Position numbers and translations under genes: made by a program. A DNA stretch of 64,000 bases from Verrucomicrobiales bacterium. Lineage in GTDB: Bacteria; Verrucomicrobiota; Verrucomicrobiia; Verrucomicrobiales; V1-33. Where the stretch lies: positions 32,001-96,000 of the forward strand of contig JANOAV010000187.1 in NCBI GenBank assembly GCA_031411295.1. The letters run 5' to 3'. Positions 1 through 8,582 of the stretch are shown here, piece by piece. The first letter of the stretch is position 1. The number at the start of each line of letters is the position of its first letter. The notes under the pieces are model-generated. The model did no database searches. It was not told the DNA's origin and saw nothing but the letters and a program-made list of their open reading frames with translations.

Positions 1-1296
1 ATGGTGTGATTTCGGCTGGCGGGCGAGGTTGATTTGCTCCTCCATTTTCGTGATCTCTTGATCCAGTCGTGCCACTTCCGCGGTCTGCTTGGCCTCGATG
101 TCGGCTCCCTGCGCCCAGCCGGGCAGGGTGTAGAGTTGCACCTCACGCCAGCGATGGAAGAAGGCGTTGTTTTTGTCGAAGACCAGTTTCAAGACCGCTT
201 GCGCTTGTTTCGTAATCGGACCAGATGCCGTGGCTAGATTCCAGCCTTGCGCCAGTTCCTCGGCGGTGGCGTTCCCGGCTGGTTCACCATCAATAGTGAC
301 CGCGTAGTTCCCTGGAGCCAGACCGGTGAGCTTCAACTCCAGTTTGTTCAAGTCATCCGTGATCGGAGCCAACTTCAGGGCCGGCAGCGCCCGCTCATCA
401 ATCGGCATCGGCAGGGCTTGATCCAGCCGATCAAAACTCACGTTGCCCGCTTCCGACTTCAGGTTTTCAATCTTGCAACCCGCCACCGCAGTCACCTTGG
501 CGGAGGTCGCGTTGATCTCCGCGCTGGAGACCGCTGCCCCAGCTCCCAGGCCCTTCAACACCGCCCACGCCATCACCGTCTGGCCACTCGGCCCCGGATG
601 CACCGCGTCCCCACCGCCCACCAAGCCTGGCGGATTGCTCGCGCGCTCGCGACGGAGGATCGTGAGGTAGGGGTCGAATTGATCGACAAACACCGCCCCA
701 GTATTGGCAGCCACTTCCTTCAAGCCGTCAGAGAATTTGCGAAGCGATTCATTCTTCACGTCCTTCTCCGGGTCCGGGCGCTTTTCTTCAATGGGCTGAG
801 GAGTTAGGAAAGCCACGCGCGCCCCGTTGGCGCCCAGCACTTTGGAAATTTCCGTCTGGCTGGCGGCATAGGCGCGGAAGATATCCGGACGGAATGGTTG
901 ATAGGAATGGTCATTCATGCCGAACTTCACGGTCACAAAGGTTGGTTTCAGCGGCAGCACATCGCGCCCCAGTCCGCGCCCCACTGAGTCCTGCACCTTC
1001 TGCTTCAGCGCCTCCCCCTCAGCAGCAAAGAGTTGACCTTCATCCGGATGCGCCCGTTGCCGCAGCCAAGCCGTATCCCCGCCCCAGCCCAGATTGCGGA
1101 ACGTCAGTTTCCAGGCGGGGTAACGCGTCAGCGCGTAAGCCTCAATGTAAGTCGTATAGAGCCGCTGCTCGGTGATACTGTCCCCCAGAAAAACCACGCG
1201 ATCTCCATCATGCATCGCGAACTCTCCTGCAGAGACATTCATTCCAAGCAAGGTGATCGCCAAAGGGCACAGTAGTTTCCAGTTTGATGGTTTCAT
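1..1296 (-). CDS. Secreted SGNH/GDSL hydrolase (3' end runs off the window)
   Basis: Not in the ORF track. Read manually from ATG at 1296: MKPSNWKLLCPLAITLLGMNVSAGEFAMHDGDRVVFLGDSITEQ...FRNLGWGGDT, i.e. signal peptide plus GDS block I and block II. The same frame still reads as protein at position 1. Confidence 0.85.
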   Translation of the reverse strand, partial: MKPSNWKLLCPLAITLLGMNVSAGEFAMHDGDRVVFLGDSITEQRLYTTYIEAYALTRYPAWKLTFRNLGWGGDTAWLRQRAHPDEGQLFAAEGEALKQKVQDSVGRGLGRDVLPLKPTFVTVKFGMNDHSYQPFRPDIFRAYAASQTEISKVLGANGARVAFLTPQPIEEKRPDPEKDVKNESLRKFSDGLKEVAANTGAVFVDQFDPYLTILRRERASNPPGLVGGGDAVHPGPSGQTVMAWAVLKGLGAGAAVSSAEINATSAKVTAVAGCKIENLKSEAGNVSFDRLDQALPMPIDERALPALKLAPITDDLNKLELKLTGLAPGNYAVTIDGEPAGNATAEELAQGWNLATASGPITKQAQAVLKLVFDKNNAFFHRWREVQLYTLPGWAQGADIEAKQTAEVARLDQEITKMEEQINLARQPKSHH

Positions 1297-1440
1297 AAGT
1301 GCGGTGAGTTTGTTGGAAAGGAGCAACCAGCGCAAGCATGGTGAATAGCAAAACGCGGGATGGAGGCAGGACAGAACAGTTAAGAACTTGTAGCACCGAA
1401 CCAACGAGGAACCGTTCGAACCCATGCCGGGGAAGCTGTC

Positions 1441-1653
1441 CGCTACGACCAGGCGGTCAGTGCCAGCTTCAGCTCAGCAGGGCGGGAAGCATAGAGCGGT
1501 TCCAGTATGCTAACCATGCCCCAAGTCCTCCGAGCCTTCTTGGTGATCCAACCGCCCGCCGCCGCCAAAGACCTAGACCTAACCTGCGAGCTGCTAGACG
1601 CCAACGGCAAGCCCGTCTCCGAGCGCGGGCGCTATCTCTGGCAGGAACCGTAA
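1441..1653 (+). pseudogene. Possible remnant of an OpgG/OpgD (MdoG) glucan biosynthesis C-terminus
   Basis: Frame from 1516 reads MPQVLRAFLVIQPPAAAKDLDLTCELLDANGKPVSERGRYLWQEP*, resembling the MdoG C-terminal ...L...G.P.SE.W.Y.W. There is an in-frame TAG at 1492. Confidence 0.4.
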
Positions 1654-1786
1654 CCGTTTTCCAGGCTCTGCCTTGTGGTGCACTTGATAATTTGCGGAAA
1701 TAATGAATAATTTGCTCGCTAGAATTCCCGCCACCTGCTAATTAGCGATCTTAAGTTTAATTTACCAATTCATCCTTTTGTCGATC

Positions 1787-2530
1787 ATGAAAAATCTGGC
1801 TTTGTTTTTCGCCTTTTCCGCGCTCCTCATCACCTCCGGCTCAGCCGTCACGGTATTCGATGATTTTAATGACGGCAATGACACCGGCTGGACTCGTAGT
1901 TCTCCGTTGGCGGGTTTTGGAGGGGGCGGGGTCTTTACTTTCCCCAGTGGCGGCTATTCCATTGCTGCACCAGCCTCCCCCAACCCCTTGGCATTAGGGC
2001 CAGGCCGGGCCGCGAGCCTAAGAAACGATGTCAGCCAGACGCAGTTTGAAGTCTATGCGGACTTGGTGGATTGGGACACCACCAAGCCTGCCATGGTCAT
2101 GGGAGTGCTGGCCCGGGTCAGCAGCTTTGGCTTGGGCACCACCAATGGCTACGGTCTGGTCTATACGAATGGAACCCTCCTGATGACACGGATCACAGCA
2201 GAGGCCGGAACCACCATCGCCACCACCCCCGTAGCCATCTCCATCGCGAATGACTATCGCATCCGCTTTACGGGCGATGGTGCCAGCTTGGCGGGTGAAC
2301 TTTATGATTTAGCCGCTCCCAGCGTGCCCATTGCCAGTGTCTCATTTACCGATGCGGCCTACGCCACTGGGGTTCCCGGGGTTTTCGTTTACGACGGTTC
2401 GGGCGCTGGCAATACGACCGCCACCGCTACCTTTGACAATTTCTCCGCCAGCGTCCCCGAGCCCTCCGGCGTGCTTGCATGTCTCCTAGGGGCAACACTG
2501 TGCTTTAAATCCCGTCGGCGGTCTTCCTAA
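1787..2530 (+). CDS. PEP-CTERM sorting domain protein (beta-rich, lectin-like)
   Basis: Signal peptide. C-terminal VPEPS, then a hydrophobic helix, then RRR. Confidence 0.92.
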   Translation: MKNLALFFAFSALLITSGSAVTVFDDFNDGNDTGWTRSSPLAGFGGGGVFTFPSGGYSIAAPASPNPLALGPGRAASLRNDVSQTQFEVYADLVDWDTTKPAMVMGVLARVSSFGLGTTNGYGLVYTNGTLLMTRITAEAGTTIATTPVAISIANDYRIRFTGDGASLAGELYDLAAPSVPIASVSFTDAAYATGVPGVFVYDGSGAGNTTATATFDNFSASVPEPSGVLACLLGATLCFKSRRRSS

Positions 2531-2572
2531 AAAGGCTCCCCAATCATATAGACCCAGCCGGTGATTGACGGA

Positions 2573-2689
2573 CTGGCGGCTTGGTTGGGGCCGGTGAGCG
2601 AGGCGCTGGAGCGGCCGACCAGCAAGGGATTGCAGGTCCTGTGGCTCACGCCGCTAAGGGCGTTGGCGGTGGATAGTATGGAATCGCTG
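2573..2689 (+). repeat. 117-bp direct repeat, a copy of helicase gene segment 5516-5632
   Basis: Manual alignment gives 5 mismatches in 117 nt. It encodes LAAWLGPVSEALERPxSKGLQVLWLTPLRALAVDSMESL. Confidence 0.95.
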
Positions 2690-3098
2690 ACCGCTGCCCC
2701 TCCAATCAACTACTTTCCGACCATTCTACCTACTCAAGTTCACCTCATTACTTCCATCCCGCCGCCGTTGCGGAGAATGGCTGCGGGGTCCTCTAAAAGT
2801 GACAAACCGAACGGCTGGAGGTTCATGGCATGAAGCAGGGGAATGCAACACGCGGAACGAAAATGAACGGGTCAGGAATTTTGTGCGTTCTAGCCAGTTT
2901 GGCTGCGGGCGTCAACCTTTTTGGAAGACTTATTTGATTTGCCTTCGGTGCAGCGCGCAAGCCAGTGAAGTCCACAAGAGCTAGGCCTAGTATGCGAAAC
3001 GAAGATTTTGCGGTTGTCTTTACTTGAGTCTGCACGAACTGCTATCGTGCTTTCGGCATGTCCACGTTCAATGAATTTCCCCGGTTTCGCCCAAAAAA

Positions 3099-4430
3099 AT
3101 GACCAAAATCAAACTTGTAGCACCCACAGGCAGAGCCAGCGTTTCTGATTCCAACAAGCTAGCCCCGGTTGATCGTTCCGCGCACGACTGGTATCGCTTC
3201 GTGCTATCCTATCCGCCGCATTTGGTGGGTGATTACTTAACGCGGTTTGAGATGACCTCAGACTCGATGGTGTTGGATCCCTTTTGTGGGACGGGCACTA
3301 CCTTGGTGGAATGCAAAAAGCGGGGGATTCCAAGTGTTGGGATTGAGGCGCACCCAATGGCTCACTTTGCCAGTAAAACTAAGACTGCGTGGTCGGTTTC
3401 AGGCAAACGGCTGCTTGAAACTGCGCAGCGGATTGCGACTGAGGCAGATGAGTCCTTGGCAATTGAAGGAATCTATGATGATCCAGAACCATGGCTTTTG
3501 AGGGAGTCACCTCCTCCGGCAAGATTGCGCACGCTGCCAGATCCAGAACAAAAAATTCTCCTAGCAAATTCAATCAGTCCGCTTCCTTTGCATAAAGTCC
3601 TGGTGTTGCGGGAAGCCATTGAGAAGCATGCCACACCGAGTGTTAAGGGACCAATGATGCTGGCCTTGGCAAGGGCCCTGGTAAGCTCTATCAGTAACCT
3701 GCATTTTGGACCGGAAGTGGGAATTGGTAAAATTAAGGAGGACGCGCCAGTGATCTCGGCTTGGCTGCGCAGGATCGAGATGATGGCGGAAGATCTGGAC
3801 ACTTTGCGCCCCATGGACTCCACGTTTAGCCAAGTTCACCACGCCGACGCCCGGAGCATGATCCCGAAGTTGGCTGAAAAATCAATTGATGCCGTCATCA
3901 CTTCCCCTCCCTACCCTAACGAGAAGGATTATACCCGCACCACACGGCTTGAATCTGTAATCCTACGATTTTTGAATTCAAAGGAAGAACTGCAGGCTCT
4001 CAAACGGGGCAATCTCCTGAGATCGAATACGCGTAACGTTTACAAGGGGGATAACGATCACGCTTGGGTAGAGAACCACCCGGAGGTGCAGCGCATTGCC
4101 ACTGCCATTGAAGCCCGGCGTATTGAACTGGGAAAAACGAGTGGATTTGAACGCCTCTATGCCAAAGTCACCACACTCTATTTTGGCGGCATGGCGCGCC
4201 ATTTCAGCGAACTTAGGAAGTATCTAAAGCCTGGGGCGAGACTCGCCTACGTGGTTGGCGATCAAGCGTCCTATCTCCGAGTCATGATACGCACTGGCCA
4301 AATTCTCGCTGACTTGGCACAATCGCTTGGATATGAGGTCGAAGGCATCGACCTATTCCGCACCAGGCTAGCCACGGCCACGGGCGAACAACTCCGGGAG
4401 GAGGCAGTGGTGCTGCGCTGGCCGGGATAG
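3099..4430 (+). CDS. Amino (probably N4-cytosine) DNA methyltransferase, alpha-class motif order
   Basis: Motif I DPFCGTGT near the N-terminus, motif IV ITSPPY later. Confidence 0.9.
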   Translation: MTKIKLVAPTGRASVSDSNKLAPVDRSAHDWYRFVLSYPPHLVGDYLTRFEMTSDSMVLDPFCGTGTTLVECKKRGIPSVGIEAHPMAHFASKTKTAWSVSGKRLLETAQRIATEADESLAIEGIYDDPEPWLLRESPPPARLRTLPDPEQKILLANSISPLPLHKVLVLREAIEKHATPSVKGPMMLALARALVSSISNLHFGPEVGIGKIKEDAPVISAWLRRIEMMAEDLDTLRPMDSTFSQVHHADARSMIPKLAEKSIDAVITSPPYPNEKDYTRTTRLESVILRFLNSKEELQALKRGNLLRSNTRNVYKGDNDHAWVENHPEVQRIATAIEARRIELGKTSGFERLYAKVTTLYFGGMARHFSELRKYLKPGARLAYVVGDQASYLRVMIRTGQILADLAQSLGYEVEGIDLFRTRLATATGEQLREEAVVLRWPG

Positions 4431-4446
4431 AAGGAACTTTTCTAAC

Positions 4447-5238
4447 ATGACACCGAACCGTTACACGCAAATTTTGGAGAAAATCTTTTTCGCCCATTTT
4501 CACAAGGGCGATCTGGAAGTGTCCTTCGCACGAGAGGAAATCGAGACTGCGGCGGCTGAGTTAGGAATTAAACTTCCCAAGAATATTGGCGATCTAATCT
4601 ACAGTTTTCGCTTCCGAGCAGAATTGCCAAAATCAATTCAAGACGTCGCGCCTGCCGAGAAATCTTGGGTGATCAAGCTCGCGGGCAAGGCGCTCTATAA
4701 GTTTGTAGCTGAAAGGCAATGGAGCATTGAGCCCAATCAGGGACTGCTCCGCATCAAAGTGCCGGACTCGACTCCCGGCATCATTTCGCGCTATGCGCTG
4801 GATGATGAGCAAGCTTTGTTGGCGCTTCTAAGATACAATCGACTGGTGGATATTTTTACAGGCGTGGCTTCCTATTCGATGCAGAACCACTTGCGCACAA
4901 CCGTTGAAGGAATTGGCCAAGTTGAGGTAGACGAACTTTACGTCGGCATCGACCGCCGCGGTGCGCACTATGTTTTCCCGGTTCAAGCAAAGGGCGGGCG
5001 AGACCGCATGAGCACGGTTCAAATTGAGCAGGACATCGCGCTTTGCGCTGAGAAATTCCCTGGACTCATCTGTCGTCCGTTGGGCACCCAGTTCCTGCCT
5101 GATGGAGGCATCGCAATCATGGAATTCACCGACACCGACGATGGCTTGAGGCTTGTTGGTGAGAAACACTATCAATTGGTGCCGAAACACGGCCTGACTG
5201 ATGGCGATGTGGAACTTTATCGATCCTTATCTGACTGA
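4447..5238 (+). CDS. Putative type II restriction endonuclease (PD-(D/E)XK-like)
   Basis: 16 bp downstream of the MTase. VEVDELYVGID...VFPVQAK resembles a D...QxK nuclease motif. Confidence 0.7.
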   Translation: MTPNRYTQILEKIFFAHFHKGDLEVSFAREEIETAAAELGIKLPKNIGDLIYSFRFRAELPKSIQDVAPAEKSWVIKLAGKALYKFVAERQWSIEPNQGLLRIKVPDSTPGIISRYALDDEQALLALLRYNRLVDIFTGVASYSMQNHLRTTVEGIGQVEVDELYVGIDRRGAHYVFPVQAKGGRDRMSTVQIEQDIALCAEKFPGLICRPLGTQFLPDGGIAIMEFTDTDDGLRLVGEKHYQLVPKHGLTDGDVELYRSLSD

Positions 5239-5353
5239 CGCTGAACCAAGCCGATAGAATGATTGCCTCTAAAAGTGTCGTGCAAAGCAAACCGAAACGT
5301 CTGCTTCACGGTCTGGCGATTGACTCACGCGACTGTGCCGCGAGGTTGCGCCA

Positions 5354-7876
5354 ATGGCTCGTGCTGAAATGATAACTCCCTCTGGTCTGGACCGTGTGCG
5401 TGCTTGGTATGCGCAGCGGGAGTGGCGGGCGTTTGCGTTTCAGGAGGAAGTGTGGGCGGCGTATCGGGCCGGGAAGTCGGGGCTGATTCATGCGCCGACG
5501 GGTTTGGGGAAGACGCTGGCGGCTTGGTTGGGGCCGGTGAGCGAGGCGCTGGAGCGTCCGGCCAGCAAGGGATTGCAGGTGCTGTGGCTCACGCCGCTGC
5601 GGGCGTTGGCGGTGGATAGTATGGAATCGCTGCGGGAACCGTTGGGCGAGTTGGGATTGGATTGGGAGGTGGCGATGCGCACGGGCGATTCCACGGCTAC
5701 GCAGAAAAAGAAGCTGAAAGAGAAATTTCCTCCGGCGTTAGTGACCACGCCGGAAAGTTTATCGCTGGCACTGAGTTATCCGGATGCGCAGGAGAAATTT
5801 TCCGGCCTGCAGGCGGTGATCGTGGATGAATGGCACGAGCTGCTAGGCAACAAGCGAGGCGTGCAGACGGAATTGTGTCTGGCGCGGTTGCGGGCATGGA
5901 ATCCGGGGTTGCGCGTCTGGGGTCTGTCCGCCACGATTGGGAATCTGGATGAAGCGCGCGATGTCTTGCTAGGCTCGGGCGCTGCCAATGTTGCGACTGG
6001 GGTGACGATTTCCAGCACGGAGAAAAAACGCATCGAGATCGAGACGCTGCTGCCGGAGAATATCGGCTTGTTTCCCTGGTCAGGGCACTTGGGTCGGGAA
6101 ATGGCGGGTCGGGTGTGGGAACGCATTGAGCAGGCCACGACGACGCTGTTGTTCACGAATACGCGAGCCCAGACGGAGATTTGGTTTCAGACGTTAGTCG
6201 ATCTGCGTCCTGACATGGCGGACCAGTTGGCGATGCATCATGGCTCGCTGGATAAAGCGGAGCGGAACGCGGTGGAGGATCGGTTGCGGGCGGGAAATGT
6301 GCGCTGTGTGGTGTGCACGTCCAGTCTGGATCTGGGGGTGGATTTCTCGCCTGTGGAGCAGGTGATCCAAGTGGGCAGCCCAAAGGGAATCGCGCGCATC
6401 CTGCAGCGGGCCGGGCGCAGCGGGCATCGGCCCGGAGCCATGAGCCGGGTGTTAGGAGTGCCGACGAATGCCTTTGAGTTGGTGGAATTTGCGGCGGCAC
6501 GTGAAGCGATGGAGCAGCGGCAGGTGGAGAAACGCAAGCCGCTTCGATTGCCGTTGGACGTGCTGGTGCAGCATTTAACCACGGTGGCGCTGGGCGGCGG
6601 ATTTACGGAGGCAGCGATGTTAGCGGAGATTCGCAGCACGTTTGCGTTTCGTGATTTAAACGATCTCGAATGGCAATGGGCACTGGATTTCATTACCCGG
6701 GGCGGGGAAGTGTTGCGGGCTTATCCAGACTTCCAGAAGGTGGTGCGGGAGGGGGAAGTTTTCCGCGTGGTGGATGATCGGATTGCGCGGACGCATCGGC
6801 TTACGATTGGCACCATTTCAGCGGATCCCGCCATCTCCGTGCGGTATGCCAATGGGCGTCGGTTGGGGACGGTGGAGGAATCATTCATTTCCAAAATTCG
6901 TCCTGGCGGGTTGTTTATTTTCAGTGGAAAACGGCTGGAGTTGGTGCGGTATCATCAACTGACGGCGGAAGTTAGAGACGCCAAGAAATCGAAGTCCACG
7001 GGGCAGATTCCCAGTTGGACGGGAGGGAAAAGTCCGCTGTCCACGGAGTTGGCGCATGCGGTTAGTCGCAAGCTGGCATCGGCCCCACGGGCGGGCGAGC
7101 ACGAACATGAACTCCGCGCCCTCTGGCCTATTCTCGAGATTCAGGCGGCGTGGAGTTTGGTGCCGGCGTTTGAGCAATTGCTGATTGAGGAAACGCGCAG
7201 CAAAGACGGCTCGCATGTGTTTGTGTTTCCGTTTGCGGGTCGCTTGGTGCACGAGGGCTTGGGCACGCTGGTGGCTTTCCGTCTGACGCGCGCGAAGCCC
7301 GCCACGATTCAGGTGCAATACAATGATTATGGTTTCGCCCTGACCTCGAAGTCGGATGTCTTTGTGGATGAGCAGACGTGGCGTGAGTTGTTGAGCGCGG
7401 AAAATTTACTGGAAGATCTGTCCGCCTGCATGAACACGCATGAGCTGGCGAAACGACAGTTCCGTGAAGTGGCGCGCGTGGCGGGATTGGTGGTGCAAGG
7501 CTACCCAGGCCAACCCAAGGGCGCGCGTTCGTTGCAGACTTCCAGCTCGCTGATGTATGATGTGTTTGCGAAATATGATCCGGGAAATCTACTGCTGGAG
7601 CAATCGCGACGCGAGATCATGGAGCGTCAATTGGAGTGGACGCGGCTGCGGGAAACGATGCTGGAGCTGGCGGAGCGGAAAATTGTGAAAGTTTACACGC
7701 AGCGTCTAACACCATTGGCATTTCCGCTCTGGGCGGAAGGCGTGGGCTCCAACAGTGTCACCACCGAAACCTTTACGAGCAAGCTGGCTGACATGCTTCA
7801 GCAGTTGGAAAGCGCGGCCCAGAATCTGGCAGATCCGGGGAATCGCCCGGAGTATGGGAGTGCGGGAGCAAAGTAG
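5354..7876 (+). CDS. Ligase-associated DNA damage response DEXH-box helicase (Lhr-like)
   Basis: APTGLGKT, DEWH, SAT, HHGSL, SLDLGVD and QRAGRSGH motifs. Confidence 0.92.
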   Translation: MARAEMITPSGLDRVRAWYAQREWRAFAFQEEVWAAYRAGKSGLIHAPTGLGKTLAAWLGPVSEALERPASKGLQVLWLTPLRALAVDSMESLREPLGELGLDWEVAMRTGDSTATQKKKLKEKFPPALVTTPESLSLALSYPDAQEKFSGLQAVIVDEWHELLGNKRGVQTELCLARLRAWNPGLRVWGLSATIGNLDEARDVLLGSGAANVATGVTISSTEKKRIEIETLLPENIGLFPWSGHLGREMAGRVWERIEQATTTLLFTNTRAQTEIWFQTLVDLRPDMADQLAMHHGSLDKAERNAVEDRLRAGNVRCVVCTSSLDLGVDFSPVEQVIQVGSPKGIARILQRAGRSGHRPGAMSRVLGVPTNAFELVEFAAAREAMEQRQVEKRKPLRLPLDVLVQHLTTVALGGGFTEAAMLAEIRSTFAFRDLNDLEWQWALDFITRGGEVLRAYPDFQKVVREGEVFRVVDDRIARTHRLTIGTISADPAISVRYANGRRLGTVEESFISKIRPGGLFIFSGKRLELVRYHQLTAEVRDAKKSKSTGQIPSWTGGKSPLSTELAHAVSRKLASAPRAGEHEHELRALWPILEIQAAWSLVPAFEQLLIEETRSKDGSHVFVFPFAGRLVHEGLGTLVAFRLTRAKPATIQVQYNDYGFALTSKSDVFVDEQTWRELLSAENLLEDLSACMNTHELAKRQFREVARVAGLVVQGYPGQPKGARSLQTSSSLMYDVFAKYDPGNLLLEQSRREIMERQLEWTRLRETMLELAERKIVKVYTQRLTPLAFPLWAEGVGSNSVTTETFTSKLADMLQQLESAAQNLADPGNRPEYGSAGAK

Positions 7877-8266
7877 CCGTCATCGCTCCGCGTGACGGCA
7901 TTCGTCAGGGGAGGTGAGCGAGGTGGTGGCGATGCTGGGTTGCGCAATTCGGCATGCGTGGTGGATTGCAGGGACAGGAGCGCAGGGTTGCTGTTGGCGG
8001 GGTTGTGGCAGGCGAATCGTGCTGGTCATCACGCGGAGCGATGATGACTACTTTGGGCGGAGTATGGGAGTGCGGGAGCAAAGTAGTCGTCATCGCTCCG
8101 CGTGACGGTATTCGTCAGGAGAGGTGAGCGAGGTCGTGGCGATGCTGGGTTGCGCAAATCGGCATGCGTGGTGGATGGCAGGGACGGAGCGCTGGGTTGC
8201 AGTTGGCAGGGTTGTGGCAGGCGAATCGTGCTGGTCATCACGCGGAGCGATGATGACTACTTTGGG
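7848..8266. repeat. Two tandem ~210-bp units, each containing an inverted pair of GTAG-type REP palindromes (REPIN/MITE-like)
   Basis: Units 7848-8057 and 8058-8266. Each has CAAAGTAG(C/T)CGTCATCGCTCCGCGTGACG and, ~130 bp later, its near reverse complement CATCACGCGGAGCGATGATGACTACTTTG. Confidence 0.9.
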
Positions 8267-8582
8267 AGTAACTTGCTACATTAAGCGCTGTGAACACTGG
8301 GTATAGAATATTTCAGCACATAAGGCCTGATGCTGGCGGCTTCGTGGCTCGACAGGGGCTCACACCATGAATAATATTGTCATTTCAGGCAGGCGGGAGG
8401 ATTACTTTCTCGGAAATGCGGGCTAGACAATTTTGGAAGTCAAAATAGGATGCGGCAACGCATCAGCCGATGCGGGAATGCCCTGCCAGCCTATCTTCAA
8501 TCCGATGCTGAGGTGGTTTCGGACTCAAGTTGGGAGGCCTGCGGTGGCATTCTTTCGCACCTATTCACTATAACCATAACCC

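Noticed and set aside
2561..2833. 90-aa ORF as a real helicase paralog
   Set aside because: Only 39 codons match the helicase; the rest is unrelated sequence.
2573..5632. Diversity-generating retroelement TR/VR pair
   Set aside because: No reverse transcriptase is present, the mismatches are mostly synonymous and not all at adenines, and the target is a helicase core.
7848..8266. CRISPR array
   Set aside because: The short repeats alternate in orientation, the intervening sequences are near-identical rather than unique spacers, and there are no cas genes.
7905..8306. Short ORFs over the tandem repeat
   Set aside because: They are translations of the REP units with no protein features.
8330..8560. 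tmRNA- or tRNA-like fragment upstream of the kinase (ggctcgacagggg)
   Set aside because: No acceptor stem, T-arm or tag frame could be built.
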